64,000 nt of DNA from Polyangiaceae bacterium (GTDB taxonomy: Bacteria > Desulfobacterota > Binatia > UTPRO1), in the NCBI GenBank assembly GCA_031400185.1, contig JANNPN010000214.1, positions 5,205 to 69,204 on the forward strand. The letters are read 5' to 3'. Position numbers and translations under genes: made by a program. Every line of letters begins with the position of its first letter. The stretch's first letter is position 1. The notes beneath the pieces are model-generated. The model did not search any database and was not told the DNA's origin. It saw nothing but the letters and a program-made list of their open reading frames with translations. This document shows, piece after piece, positions 22,654 through 31,695 of this stretch.

Positions 22654-23982
22654 CTAGCTCCGCGCCGCCGGGGTCTGCTCACGCGGCGTTTCTGGCTGGG
22701 ACGGCGTGAGGAGAACTTTGCTCACGCGGCGACCCTTCATCTCGATGACCTTCGCGGTGAACCCGGCGATCGCCACGAGATCTCCGATGCGCGCGATCCG
22801 GCCGAGCCGCGCGATCACGAAACCCCCGAGCGTCGAGCTCTCGTGCTCGGGCGGCTCGAAGCCGAGCCGGGCGGCGATCTCCTCCAGGAGCACGAGGCCG
22901 TCGACGACATAGCCCTCGGGCGTCGACTGCATGCGCGGCGCCTCGGTGTCGAACTCGTCTTGGATCTCCCCGACGATCTCCTCGAGCACATCCTCGAAGG
23001 TCACGAGACCCGAGGTGCCGCCGTACTCGTCGACGACGATTGCCATGTGGACCCGTCGCTGCTGGAAGTCGCGTTGCAGGAGCTCGAGCGGGCGGCTTTC
23101 GGGCACGAACAACATGTCGCGCTTCAACTTCAGGAGATCTTGGGAGTCGAGTAGTCCCTCGGCAGGCTGGAACAGGTCTTTCGCATGGATCATTCCTATT
23201 ACGTGGTCGATGTCGTCGCTGCAGAGAGGATACCGCGTGTGTTGGGTCTGGCGAATCGTCTCGAGGTTCTGCGCGAGGGATTTCTTGAGGCTCAAATGCA
23301 CGATGTCGGCGCGCGGTACCATGATGTGCTTGGCCGACCGCCGCGTGTAGTCGAAGACGTTCTCCAGAAGCTTCCGCTTCGAAGCGGAGAGCGTTCCGGT
23401 ACGGTGGGATTCCGCCAGCAGCAAGCGCAGCTCCTCCTCCGAGTGTGCCAGCTCGGATTCGGTGGCCGGCGTGATGCGGAACATGCGCAGGAAAAAGTTC
23501 GAGGATGCGTTCAGGAAGTATAGAGCCGGGTAGAAGACCCTGTAGAACAGTCGCAGCGGCGTCGCCACAAACAGCGACATCTCCTCCGGGCGGCGGATCG
23601 CGAACGACTTCGGAGCCAATTCGCCCAGGACGATGTGCAAAAACGTGATCAACGCGAACGCGATCGTGAGCGAGATGGTGTGGACCACGGTCTCGGACCA
23701 GATACCGAGCGCGCCGAGCAATGGGGTGACCAGGCTTGCGAATGCCGGCTCTCCTATCCACCCGAGGCCGAGGCTCGCGAGGGTAATGCCGAGCTGGGTT
23801 GCGGACAGATACGCGTCGAGGTTCTGGATCGCGCTCTGCACCGCGGCGGAGCCTCGTACGTTCTCGCGGACAAGCTCCTGGACGCGAGTCGAGCGAACTT
23901 TGACGATCGCAAACTCCGCAGCAACGAAGAAAGCGTTCAGGAAGACCAGGAGCGCCGCGAGCAGCAGGTAGCCTGTGCTCAT
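22654..23982 (-). CDS. HlyC/CorC (CNNM) family transporter-associated protein, DUF21-CBS-CorC_HlyC
   Basis: 442 aa; N-terminal DUF21 TM domain, CBS pair, C-terminal CorC domain. Confidence 0.85.
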   Translation of the reverse strand: MSTGYLLLAALLVFLNAFFVAAEFAIVKVRSTRVQELVRENVRGSAAVQSAIQNLDAYLSATQLGITLASLGLGWIGEPAFASLVTPLLGALGIWSETVVHTISLTIAFALITFLHIVLGELAPKSFAIRRPEEMSLFVATPLRLFYRVFYPALYFLNASSNFFLRMFRITPATESELAHSEEELRLLLAESHRTGTLSASKRKLLENVFDYTRRSAKHIMVPRADIVHLSLKKSLAQNLETIRQTQHTRYPLCSDDIDHVIGMIHAKDLFQPAEGLLDSQDLLKLKRDMLFVPESRPLELLQRDFQQRRVHMAIVVDEYGGTSGLVTFEDVLEEIVGEIQDEFDTEAPRMQSTPEGYVVDGLVLLEEIAARLGFEPPEHESSTLGGFVIARLGRIARIGDLVAIAGFTAKVIEMKGRRVSKVLLTPSQPETPREQTPAARS

Positions 23983-24171
23983 GCAAACAGGCCAGGCGTC
24001 CGGCGACCCAAAATGGCGCTCCTAAGGGAGGATGAATCAAGGGCACGCATCACGCGCGGGGCGGGACTTTAGCCAATCGTGAGCCGGCCCCGCAAGCTTG
24101 GCATTTCGGCTACTGACAGCATGGTCCACGCTGGTATAGGTTCAAGGAGAGCGAAACCGAGGAGGTTGCAC

Positions 24172-24705
24172 ATGCGAAGGGCTATGAGGACGGTGATCGC
24201 TGCGCTGGGTATGCTGACGCTCGCGACTCCATCTTTCGCGACTTCAGTGGCTATCGGACCCGGACGGCCGCTCGGAGAGCGTGGATTCGAGCGATACGTC
24301 GAGACGAATCTCGAGCTCCGTACGTTCATCACGCTGCGTGGCTATCCGGATTGGGCCGAGGTGGTCGAGGTCGATAGCGACCTGCCGCTCGATTCGTACG
24401 AGCTGCGTCTGTACTACCTCCGTCTCGACCGCGAGGTGGCGTTCACGCACGCATTCATTCTAGGCCGACCGCATGTGAGCCTCCGCCTGTTCGAGCGGCC
24501 CATTGTAGCCGTGGATCGTGCTCGCATCGAGGAAGCCTACCTCGCGCACGATCCGGCCCGGCGCGCGGAGCTCGCCGCCGATCGCGCGATGGCGACGGCG
24601 CTGCAAGCCGAACGCGCCGCAGTCGCCGCCGAGCGACTGGCTGTTCAAGCCGAGCAGTTCAGTAGTCGGATGGAAGAAGACTTCCATCGCCGCCTGCGCA
24701 AGTAA
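24172..24705 (+). CDS. hypothetical secreted protein
   Basis: GAGGAGG RBS, signal peptide MRRAMRTVIAALGMLTLATPSFA; coiled-coil-like Ala/Arg-rich C-term. Confidence 0.5.
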   Translation: MRRAMRTVIAALGMLTLATPSFATSVAIGPGRPLGERGFERYVETNLELRTFITLRGYPDWAEVVEVDSDLPLDSYELRLYYLRLDREVAFTHAFILGRPHVSLRLFERPIVAVDRARIEEAYLAHDPARRAELAADRAMATALQAERAAVAAERLAVQAEQFSSRMEEDFHRRLRK

Positions 24706-25065
24706 CCCGACCACCTCCATGAGCGCGGACACCCATCCCCGGTGGATCGGGTGTCCGCGCATTGTTTTCGGGATCGGCGCACGTCTGCACGATCGTCCCC
24801 GCGGACGCCACCGATCGTCGCCACACGCAGGCGCTCAGGCATGTCTCAGACGCGATCGCGCTGCGCCTGCGTATGCGCCGCCGCCGCAGCGGCCACCAAC
24901 CCATCGGTTTCGCGAATATTTCAAGGGGACGGACGGTCGAGACGGACGTTGGAGGGCTCTCTCCGAAGACCCTCTTTCCGGACGGGATCGGTGCGGCGGA
25001 GGGTGGCACGGAACTTGGTCAACATGACTCGCAGTCAATCGCACCTGCGAGAGGAGCAACACCTC

Positions 25066-25317
25066 ATGTTCGGCCAGCCCACCACCACTCCCCAGAGTCG
25101 TCCCGCCCTCCTCAGCGACATGCACCTCGACTTCAGGAACTCGTACGAGACCCTATTCCTCCTGATCGAGCTCTCGGATGCGATGAAACGTGGCGTACGC
25201 CACTACCGCCTCGACGGCACTCCGCTCGACCGTCTCAACAACGTGGTCGAAGCCTTGATCTTCGACGGCGAGGTCTTCTTCGACGACGCGACCAGCGCCG
25301 CGCCTCTCGGTCACTGA
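25066..25317 (+). CDS. hypothetical small protein (84 aa)
   Basis: AGGAG RBS 9 nt upstream of ATG; coding-like codon usage; followed by hairpin terminator. Confidence 0.45.
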   Translation: MFGQPTTTPQSRPALLSDMHLDFRNSYETLFLLIELSDAMKRGVRHYRLDGTPLDRLNNVVEALIFDGEVFFDDATSAAPLGH

Positions 25318-25329
25318 TCGGCACAAACG

Positions 25330-25366
25330 AAAAGGGCACGACCCCCCGCGGGAGTCGTGCCCTTTC
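25330..25366. terminator. bidirectional intrinsic terminator hairpin between convergent genes (GGGCACGAC..GTCGTGCCC flanked by A-tract/T-tract)
   Basis: 9-bp perfect stem (extendable), AAAA upstream and TTTC downstream. Confidence 0.5.
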
Positions 25367-25384
25367 GGCCACGAAGATGTCGCG

Positions 25385-25834
25385 CTACGCCGACTTCTTG
25401 AGGTACTCGCGCGGACCGGTGATGCTGTGCCGTCGCCCGTTCACACGGCGGAATGGGAACCGATAGAGGGTCGGCTGACCCTGACGGACGCGGCTGAGTT
25501 CGGCGCTCTTCCACCGGGCCATGCCGCTGCGGAGATACTCGGGCTCCAGCTCGAGCGCGGCGCACACGTTCTCGAACGAGAAGGGCCAATCGGCTTCGGC
25601 GCCCGCCATCCAGGCTTCGACCTCTTCGACTAGCCGCTGGCTCCGACGGTTCTCCGCGATCACGTGCCGCTGAAAGGTCGCGATCGCCTCTTCTAGGACC
25701 GCGAGCATCAGCCGCTTCTCGGGCTGAAACGCCGCATCCGATCCTACGCGATCGAAGTATTGCGCCGGCACTAGAGTGTCGGGCTCGAGGGGAGTGGCAG
25801 TCCGCTCTTCGGTCACTGCGCTACGCAACTCCAT
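25385..25834 (-). CDS. conserved hypothetical protein, paralog A of 28266..28670
   Basis: 149 aa; shares PDxLxPxQYF...RLMLAVLE(E/D)A...W.F.FEN(V/I)C..LE...YLRSG with the plus-strand paralog. Confidence 0.6.
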   Translation of the reverse strand: MELRSAVTEERTATPLEPDTLVPAQYFDRVGSDAAFQPEKRLMLAVLEEAIATFQRHVIAENRRSQRLVEEVEAWMAGAEADWPFSFENVCAALELEPEYLRSGMARWKSAELSRVRQGQPTLYRFPFRRVNGRRHSITGPREYLKKSA

Positions 25835-26120
25835 GGGATGGTCCTCCTCCGGCCGGGTCCTGTTCGACCGTGCACCCGACGCCTCAGCAGACCGCGTGCC
25901 AGCGTCGTCAGTTGCATCTCAAGTACGGGTAACAGCAGCAGTTCGATCCGATCGGTGCTGGTGCACCGGATCGATCCACTCGGATGCCGTGGACGCAGAA
26001 CACCACCATGATGCTGTGAAACGAGACAACTCTATCGGAGGTCGCCGTCCTCCGGTCCGAGAATGAGCTCAATCCGACCGCGTTGCCACGAGTCGGCGAT
26101 CTGGTAGCTTCCGCGCTCCG

Positions 26121-27500
26121 ATGTCGGAGTTCAAACCAGGTGACGACCCGAGCATCCGTCAGCCAATCGGCGCTGTGACCGAGCTCGTCGAGTACGTGGC
26201 CGCCGGCGCCAAGCCGCCAGCCGATTGGCGGGTTGGAACGGAGTACGAGAAGGTCGGCGTCCTGAAGGAAAGCGGTGTTGCTGCGCCATTCAGCGGCAAA
26301 CGCGGGATCGAAGCCGTTCTCGATCGGTTGGCGGAACGGTTCGGCTGGCAGCCCAAGAAGGAGCGCGGTCGGACGATTGCACTCATCGGGCGCGACGCCA
26401 ACATCACGGTCGAGCCTGGCGGGCAACTGGAGCTCAGCGGCGAGCAATGCGCGAGCATCCACTGCGCCCATCGCGAGCTCATGGAGCACATCCAGGAGAT
26501 CGTGACCGTCGCGGCGGATCTCGACATTGTTTTCCTCGGGCTCGGTATCCAACCGGTGAGCCGCGTCGACGAGATCGAATGGGTTCCGAAGCGTCGTTAC
26601 GGGATCATGGGCCCGTACATGACGCAGGTCGGTACGCTGGGACAGCGCATGATGAAGCAGACAGCGACCGTCCAAGCGAACTTCGATTTCGGCGACGAGA
26701 TCGATGCGATGCGAAAGTTCCGCGTCGCGATGGGTCTGGTTCCGCTGATCTCGGCGATGTTCGCGAACTCGTCGATCTCCGAAGGCCGATCGAACGGGTT
26801 CATGACGCTGCGCGGGCACATCTGGACGGATACCGACTCGGCGCGTTCCGGCATGCTCGAGTTCGCCTTCTCACCCGACGCGGGCATCGACGACTACGTC
26901 CAGTGGGCGCTCGACGTCCCGATGTATTTCATCATCAGAAACGGCGAGTACGTCGAGACGCATCGGACGTTCCGACAGTTCCTCACAGAGGGTTGGGGAA
27001 CCGAGCGCGCGACACTCGAGGACTGGGCATTGCATCTCACGACGCTCTTCCCGGAGGTTCGCCTGAAGCGCTACCTGGAGGTGCGCAGCGTCGACAGCCA
27101 GCCTCCCGAAATGATGCTCGCGCTGCCCGCGCTCCTGAAGGGTATCCTCTACGAGCGCGACTCGCTCGAGGGCGCCTGGGATCTCGTCCGCTCGTGGACC
27201 TGGGAGGAACGTCTCGCGATCTACCGCGATGCGCACCGCGAAGGACTGCATGCGCGGATTCGTAAGATTTCGTTGTCCGACCTCGCGCGCGAGCTCGTGG
27301 AGATCGGTGCGTCGGGTCTCAGGCGGCAGAACCAGGTGAACGAAAAGGGCGAGGACGAGCGCATCTATCTCCATCGAATGGAAGAGCTCGTCCGCCACGG
27401 CAACTCGCTCGGACGGAGCCTCGCCGCACTCTGGGACGGTCCGTGGAACCGCGACGTCGGTCGGTTGATCGAGCACGCCACGTATCGTCTGCCGGAATAA
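26121..27500 (+). CDS. gshA: glutamate--cysteine ligase, plant/GCS2 type
   Basis: 459 aa with GCS2-family core, length typical of plant/proteobacterial-type gamma-ECL. Confidence 0.8.
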   Translation: MSEFKPGDDPSIRQPIGAVTELVEYVAAGAKPPADWRVGTEYEKVGVLKESGVAAPFSGKRGIEAVLDRLAERFGWQPKKERGRTIALIGRDANITVEPGGQLELSGEQCASIHCAHRELMEHIQEIVTVAADLDIVFLGLGIQPVSRVDEIEWVPKRRYGIMGPYMTQVGTLGQRMMKQTATVQANFDFGDEIDAMRKFRVAMGLVPLISAMFANSSISEGRSNGFMTLRGHIWTDTDSARSGMLEFAFSPDAGIDDYVQWALDVPMYFIIRNGEYVETHRTFRQFLTEGWGTERATLEDWALHLTTLFPEVRLKRYLEVRSVDSQPPEMMLALPALLKGILYERDSLEGAWDLVRSWTWEERLAIYRDAHREGLHARIRKISLSDLARELVEIGASGLRRQNQVNEKGEDERIYLHRMEELVRHGNSLGRSLAALWDGPWNRDVGRLIEHATYRLPE

Positions 27501-27590
27501 GCTCGTCGCCCGCCTCGCCGGCACCGGCAGGGATGACAACGGCTGCGGAGGTCGTTTGAGCTCGCGCCCGCGTCGTCTACGCTCGGGAGC

Positions 27591-28163
27591 ATGAGAGCTG
27601 CTCAAAGGTTCGACCGGGACGCGCCCTTCGAACGCACCCCCTTTACCGTCACCAACGGAACACAACTCGAGCTTCGTGGGGTCCTACCCGCCTCCGACCT
27701 CGAGGAGGTGGGGTTCCTCTTGCCGCCGCGCGTATCATCGTCGCACGCGCGTCGCGGAAACATCCGTGCCTTCTTCGTACGTGCTGCGGTGGAGGACGCC
27801 GGACTCACGCGGGGCGACTACGTGCTCGTTGAGGAAGCCGAAACGTACGCTCCGGAATCGTGCGTGCTGGCTGCGGCAAACGGACGCTATGTCATCAGTT
27901 GCACGTCACAGCTGAACGGTCACCGGGTGCTCGGAATCTTCCTGGGGATCATCCGCAAGCGAGGATTTCGTCGTGTCGAGCCCACTACCGACCCAGCTCA
28001 ATTTCGCACTCCAACCGCAGTGGATAGTCGGCTCCGAATTTTGCGCGGTCAACTCGGCATGTTGGAGTCAACGTACGCGCGGACGCGCAATCCGCGGTTG
28101 CAAACAGCGCTCCGAAACGAAGCAGATCTGGTGAGGCGGAAGCTCCAGAATGGAGCACATTAG
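27591..28163 (+). CDS. hypothetical protein with LexA/S24-peptidase-like C-terminal fold lacking the Ser/Lys dyad
   Basis: AFFVRAAVEDAGLTRGDYVLVEE...CVLAAANGRYVISCT aligns to LexA [23 protein letters not shown]...VVVARIDDEVTVKRL but Ser and Lys are replaced. Confidence 0.45.
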   Translation: MRAAQRFDRDAPFERTPFTVTNGTQLELRGVLPASDLEEVGFLLPPRVSSSHARRGNIRAFFVRAAVEDAGLTRGDYVLVEEAETYAPESCVLAAANGRYVISCTSQLNGHRVLGIFLGIIRKRGFRRVEPTTDPAQFRTPTAVDSRLRILRGQLGMLESTYARTRNPRLQTALRNEADLVRRKLQNGAH

Positions 28164-28265
28164 CATAAGATGCCCTAATGGTTGATCGTAAGCTTTTTCA
28201 TTTCATCGACGTTTCCTCCCGCGCTAGTACTTTGCCGCAACGCGGCATCCAAGGGGGAACGGGTA

Positions 28266-28670
28266 ATGCAAGCAAGGGGAAAGAAATCAGAAGGCGGTAC
28301 CGGAGCGGGGCTGTTCGAGCCTGACATTCTTCTGCCGAATCAATACTTTGCGGCTTTTCGTCGTGGCAGGGCTGTGGAGGGAGAGCGCCGGCTCATGCTG
28401 GCGGTTCTTGAGGACGCGGTCGACAGCTACCGGAAACACGCGGCGGCCTGCGACCCGCGCGAACAAGCGTGCTTCCTTGAGGCCAAAGAGTGGTTCTCGT
28501 CGAGCGATCGCACCTGGCTATTCGCTTTCGAGAACATCTGCGACGTCCTCGAGATGAATGCCGATTACCTCCGCTCGGGGCTGGACCGTTTGCGCCGCAG
28601 CGTGGCGGTCCGGGTTGCTCAGCAGAGCAGCGAACACTACGAACACGCGCTTCAGAACGCAACCGCGTGA
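28266..28670 (+). CDS. conserved hypothetical protein, paralog B of 25385..25834
   Basis: 134 aa from ATG with AAGGGGG RBS; ~50% identical core to paralog A; AT-rich upstream region. Confidence 0.6.
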   Translation: MQARGKKSEGGTGAGLFEPDILLPNQYFAAFRRGRAVEGERRLMLAVLEDAVDSYRKHAAACDPREQACFLEAKEWFSSSDRTWLFAFENICDVLEMNADYLRSGLDRLRRSVAVRVAQQSSEHYEHALQNATA

Positions 28671-28709
28671 CGGTCGGCGGCCGAGCGCGGGATCACCGCG
28701 TCTCGGCCG

Positions 28710-29825
28710 TCACTGTTCCAGCGGATGCGAGATCGACATCGGCAATCCCGCCTGATCTCGCACTGCTCGCTGCAAGCGAGCCTGGTCAATCCTGTCCGTC
28801 CATCCTTTACGCTCGAGAATCTGCCTGGCGTTGTCTTCGAGGTTGCCTCGTAGCCCGTAGATGTCCGGATGCACCTCGACGAAGATCTCGCCGTCTCGCG
28901 AGCCGACCTTCACCGGCTGGTAGAGGAACTCGCCGGGGCTTCCCACACGCGCTTCGCGAAAGAGAATCGCGATGTCCTCGTTGTAGAGCCGGATGCAGCC
29001 GTGGCTCACCTGCATGCCGACGCCCCACGGCATGTTCGATCCATGCAGCGCATACAGGGGAAGCGTCAGCTCGAGGCGGAACAATCCTAGGGGGTTCTCC
29101 GGATCGCCTCCGGCAATGAAGGTTCGAGGGTCATTGCGCTCGCGGATGTGCTCGGCGCGAATGGATTCGGGGATGACCCAGGTAGGGTTCTCGGTCTTCC
29201 CGCGGATCTTGAAGGTGCCTTCGGGCGTCCGCCAGTCGTCACGACCAAGTCCGACCGGGTACGTCGTGAGCGAGCCATCCTGGAAATGGTAGAGGCGCAT
29301 CTCCGGAATGTTCACGACCACGCCCAGCTGTCGCGCTTCCGGCAGTACGAACTCCGTCGGAATCACTAGAACTTCCCTGGGCGAGGGCATCCACGGATCG
29401 ACGCCCGGGTTCGCGGACGTCATCTCGTTGTACCCGAGATCGAAATGCCGGCCGACGTCCAGGAGCGTATCGCCTTCCTCGACGACATACGTCTCTAGGC
29501 TTCCGACGACGCTCACTTCGGAGCTGCCCACGCCCATCCTCAGTGGGTAGCGAGTAGGGATGCGGTTCGCGAAGCTCTCCTCGGTCCAGCGCGACGCCGA
29601 CGCATCAGCCGCCCCGAGGCAGCAGCACAGCGCGATGCCGACGGCGGCCATCGTCGGCACGACCCGTCCCCCTCCCCATCGCCGCATTCCCCATCTCGGC
29701 ACCGCGACGTTCCTCATCAGCGCGGCACTTTGGAGCAAGGAGCATTCCTTGTCGAGCATGAACCGCCTGTGAAATAGTGTCGGCGCCACGCGGTGGCGAA
29801 GCTCGTCGGGAGGTTGTCGATGCAA
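28710..29825 (-). CDS. L,D-transpeptidase (YkuD domain) with N-terminal LysM domain; true start probably internal
   Basis: LysM YVVEEGDTLLDVGRHFDLGYNEMTSANPG; catalytic HGSNMPWGVGMQVSHGCIRL. Confidence 0.8.
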   Translation of the reverse strand: MHRQPPDELRHRVAPTLFHRRFMLDKECSLLQSAALMRNVAVPRWGMRRWGGGRVVPTMAAVGIALCCCLGAADASASRWTEESFANRIPTRYPLRMGVGSSEVSVVGSLETYVVEEGDTLLDVGRHFDLGYNEMTSANPGVDPWMPSPREVLVIPTEFVLPEARQLGVVVNIPEMRLYHFQDGSLTTYPVGLGRDDWRTPEGTFKIRGKTENPTWVIPESIRAEHIRERNDPRTFIAGGDPENPLGLFRLELTLPLYALHGSNMPWGVGMQVSHGCIRLYNEDIAILFREARVGSPGEFLYQPVKVGSRDGEIFVEVHPDIYGLRGNLEDNARQILERKGWTDRIDQARLQRAVRDQAGLPMSISHPLEQ

Positions 29826-31004
29826 ATCGGTAGTCGGAGGGTGTGGGGGGTGGCCGTAGCCGCGACGTTGTTTGCGTCGCAGGTAGCTGCGGCGACGAGC
29901 ACAGACGGGCCCCGCGTGACCGCGAAATCGGCGATCATCGTGGACGCCGGGAACGGCAGCGTCCTATGGGCGCAGGATCCCGACGCGCAATTGCCGCCCG
30001 CGAGTACCACCAAGGTCATGACGGCGATCCTGGCGCTCGAGAGCGGCCACCTCCGCGATCGCGTGTCGGCGAGTCCCGAGGCATGCATGGTGGCGCCGAG
30101 CAAAGTCCACTTGCGGCCGGGGCAGCGCCTGCTGCTCGAGGACCTCGTCTACGCCATCCTGTTGAACTCGGCGAACGATGCCAGCATCGCGATCGCCGAG
30201 CACCTGGCTGGATCCGTCGACGCATTCGGCGATCGTATGACGCGGCGGGCGCATCTGGTCGGAGCGACCCGCACCCGCTTCGAAAATCCCCACGGTCTCA
30301 CGCAGGACGGCCACTACTCCACCGTCCGCGACCTCTCGACGATCTTCCGCTATGCGCTCGCGGTGCCGAAGTTCCGGGAGATCCTCGGTACGAAAGCGGT
30401 CGTCGTGGGCGTCGAGAACAGCACGCGACGGATCGCGCTCCGCAGCCACAACCGCCTGCTGGATTCCTATCGCATCCCCGTGATCGGCAAGACGGGGTAC
30501 ACGATCGCCGCCAAAAAGTGCTTCGTCGGATCCGGCAGCTACAACGGTCGCGAGATCATCGTGGCCCTCATGGGCTCGCGGGACCTCTGGGGGGACACGC
30601 GCCGCCTGCTCGAGTTCGGCTTCGGCGACGACTTGCCGCCGGAGGTGGATCCCCGCGTGAAGCGCCGGCAGGCCGTCAATCGTAACCCTTCAGGGACGGG
30701 GACGGCCGGCCGTCGCGGAGCGAGCGCGTTCTCGCGTGCGACCGCCAAGGCCGAATCGACCCGCCAATACGCGATCCATGTTGGCGTCTTCGATCAGAAG
30801 GAGCGTGCCGAACGGCTGCAGCGCGCACTCAGGCGGCGCGGGTTCGACGTCGCCATCGATCGGCTGAGTGCCGGCCGCGGCAAGAATCGGCGCGTGCGCT
30901 ACCGCGTACAGGTCGGTCCCTATGCGAACCGGAGGCAGGCCGAGACGGCCGCCCGTACGATGGCCGCCCAGGTCGATTTGCCGACGCGTGTCGTGCAACG
31001 CTGA
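29820..31004 (+). CDS. D-alanyl-D-alanine carboxypeptidase (S11, PBP5/6-like) with C-terminal SPOR domain
   Basis: Signal peptide, SxxK-like ASTTKVMTA, SGN-like and KTG (IGKTGYT) motifs; C-term YAIHVGVFDQKERAERLQ...YRVQVGPYANRRQAETAA SPOR. Confidence 0.8.
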   Translation: MQIGSRRVWGVAVAATLFASQVAAATSTDGPRVTAKSAIIVDAGNGSVLWAQDPDAQLPPASTTKVMTAILALESGHLRDRVSASPEACMVAPSKVHLRPGQRLLLEDLVYAILLNSANDASIAIAEHLAGSVDAFGDRMTRRAHLVGATRTRFENPHGLTQDGHYSTVRDLSTIFRYALAVPKFREILGTKAVVVGVENSTRRIALRSHNRLLDSYRIPVIGKTGYTIAAKKCFVGSGSYNGREIIVALMGSRDLWGDTRRLLEFGFGDDLPPEVDPRVKRRQAVNRNPSGTGTAGRRGASAFSRATAKAESTRQYAIHVGVFDQKERAERLQRALRRRGFDVAIDRLSAGRGKNRRVRYRVQVGPYANRRQAETAARTMAAQVDLPTRVVQR

Positions 31005-31029
31005 GGCCCTCGATGGAGGCCAGGGTTCG

Positions 31030-31695
31030 CTAGGACGCGCCGTCCCGCAGCGCGATGCGGAGGAGCGCCGGCAACTCACGGAGCTCCGAGATCCTGTACG
31101 CCGCGCCGCTCTCGGTTCCGATCCCGACGTACGCGATCTCCGCGGCCGTCGCTGCGGCGCAATCGCTGGAGGTGTCGCCAACGAAGACTGCACCGTCGGC
31201 GGCGATGCCCGTACGCTCGAGGCAGGCGAGCAGCATGTCGGGAGCCGGCTTCGGGTGCGCGACGTCGAGGATGCCGACCCAATGCGAGAGGAACCTGTCG
31301 AGGCGGAACTCCCCGACCACGCCGGTGACCGTACGGCCGCGATTCGTCGCGAGCGCCAGCGGACAGTGCGCTGCGAGCCGCGACAGCGTCGTTTCCAACT
31401 CCGCGACGGGGCGCATGAGCCGATAGAACGGACCGTAGTCGGCCCGTGCCGCGATTTCCTTGGCACGCCGCAGCAGCGGGTGGTCGTGCTCGAAGAGATG
31501 CGACCACAGTTGCGGCCCGGAAAGGCGGTGACAAAGCTCGCGGCCCGACGCGTCGAGCGGCGGCTCGCCGAGCTCGGTTAGGATCGAATCGTAGAACGCG
31601 ACGTTCGCGTTCCACGAGTCGAACAACACACCGTCGCAGTCGAAGATGACCAGACGGACGGCGTCGCCAGTCGGCAGCGGTCGGCCGAGCGTCAC
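31030..31695 (-). CDS. HAD-superfamily hydrolase (phosphatase), GTG start overlapping glpK stop
   Basis: DxD motif VIFDCDGVLFD, HAD motifs II-IV (VFVGDTSSD). Confidence 0.7.
   Translation of the reverse strand: MTLGRPLPTGDAVRLVIFDCDGVLFDSWNANVAFYDSILTELGEPPLDASGRELCHRLSGPQLWSHLFEHDHPLLRRAKEIAARADYGPFYRLMRPVAELETTLSRLAAHCPLALATNRGRTVTGVVGEFRLDRFLSHWVGILDVAHPKPAPDMLLACLERTGIAADGAVFVGDTSSDCAAATAAEIAYVGIGTESGAAYRISELRELPALLRIALRDGAS

Noticed and set aside
25908-26819. 303-aa minus-strand ORF
   Set aside because: Antisense to well-supported gshA; typical spurious high-GC open frame.
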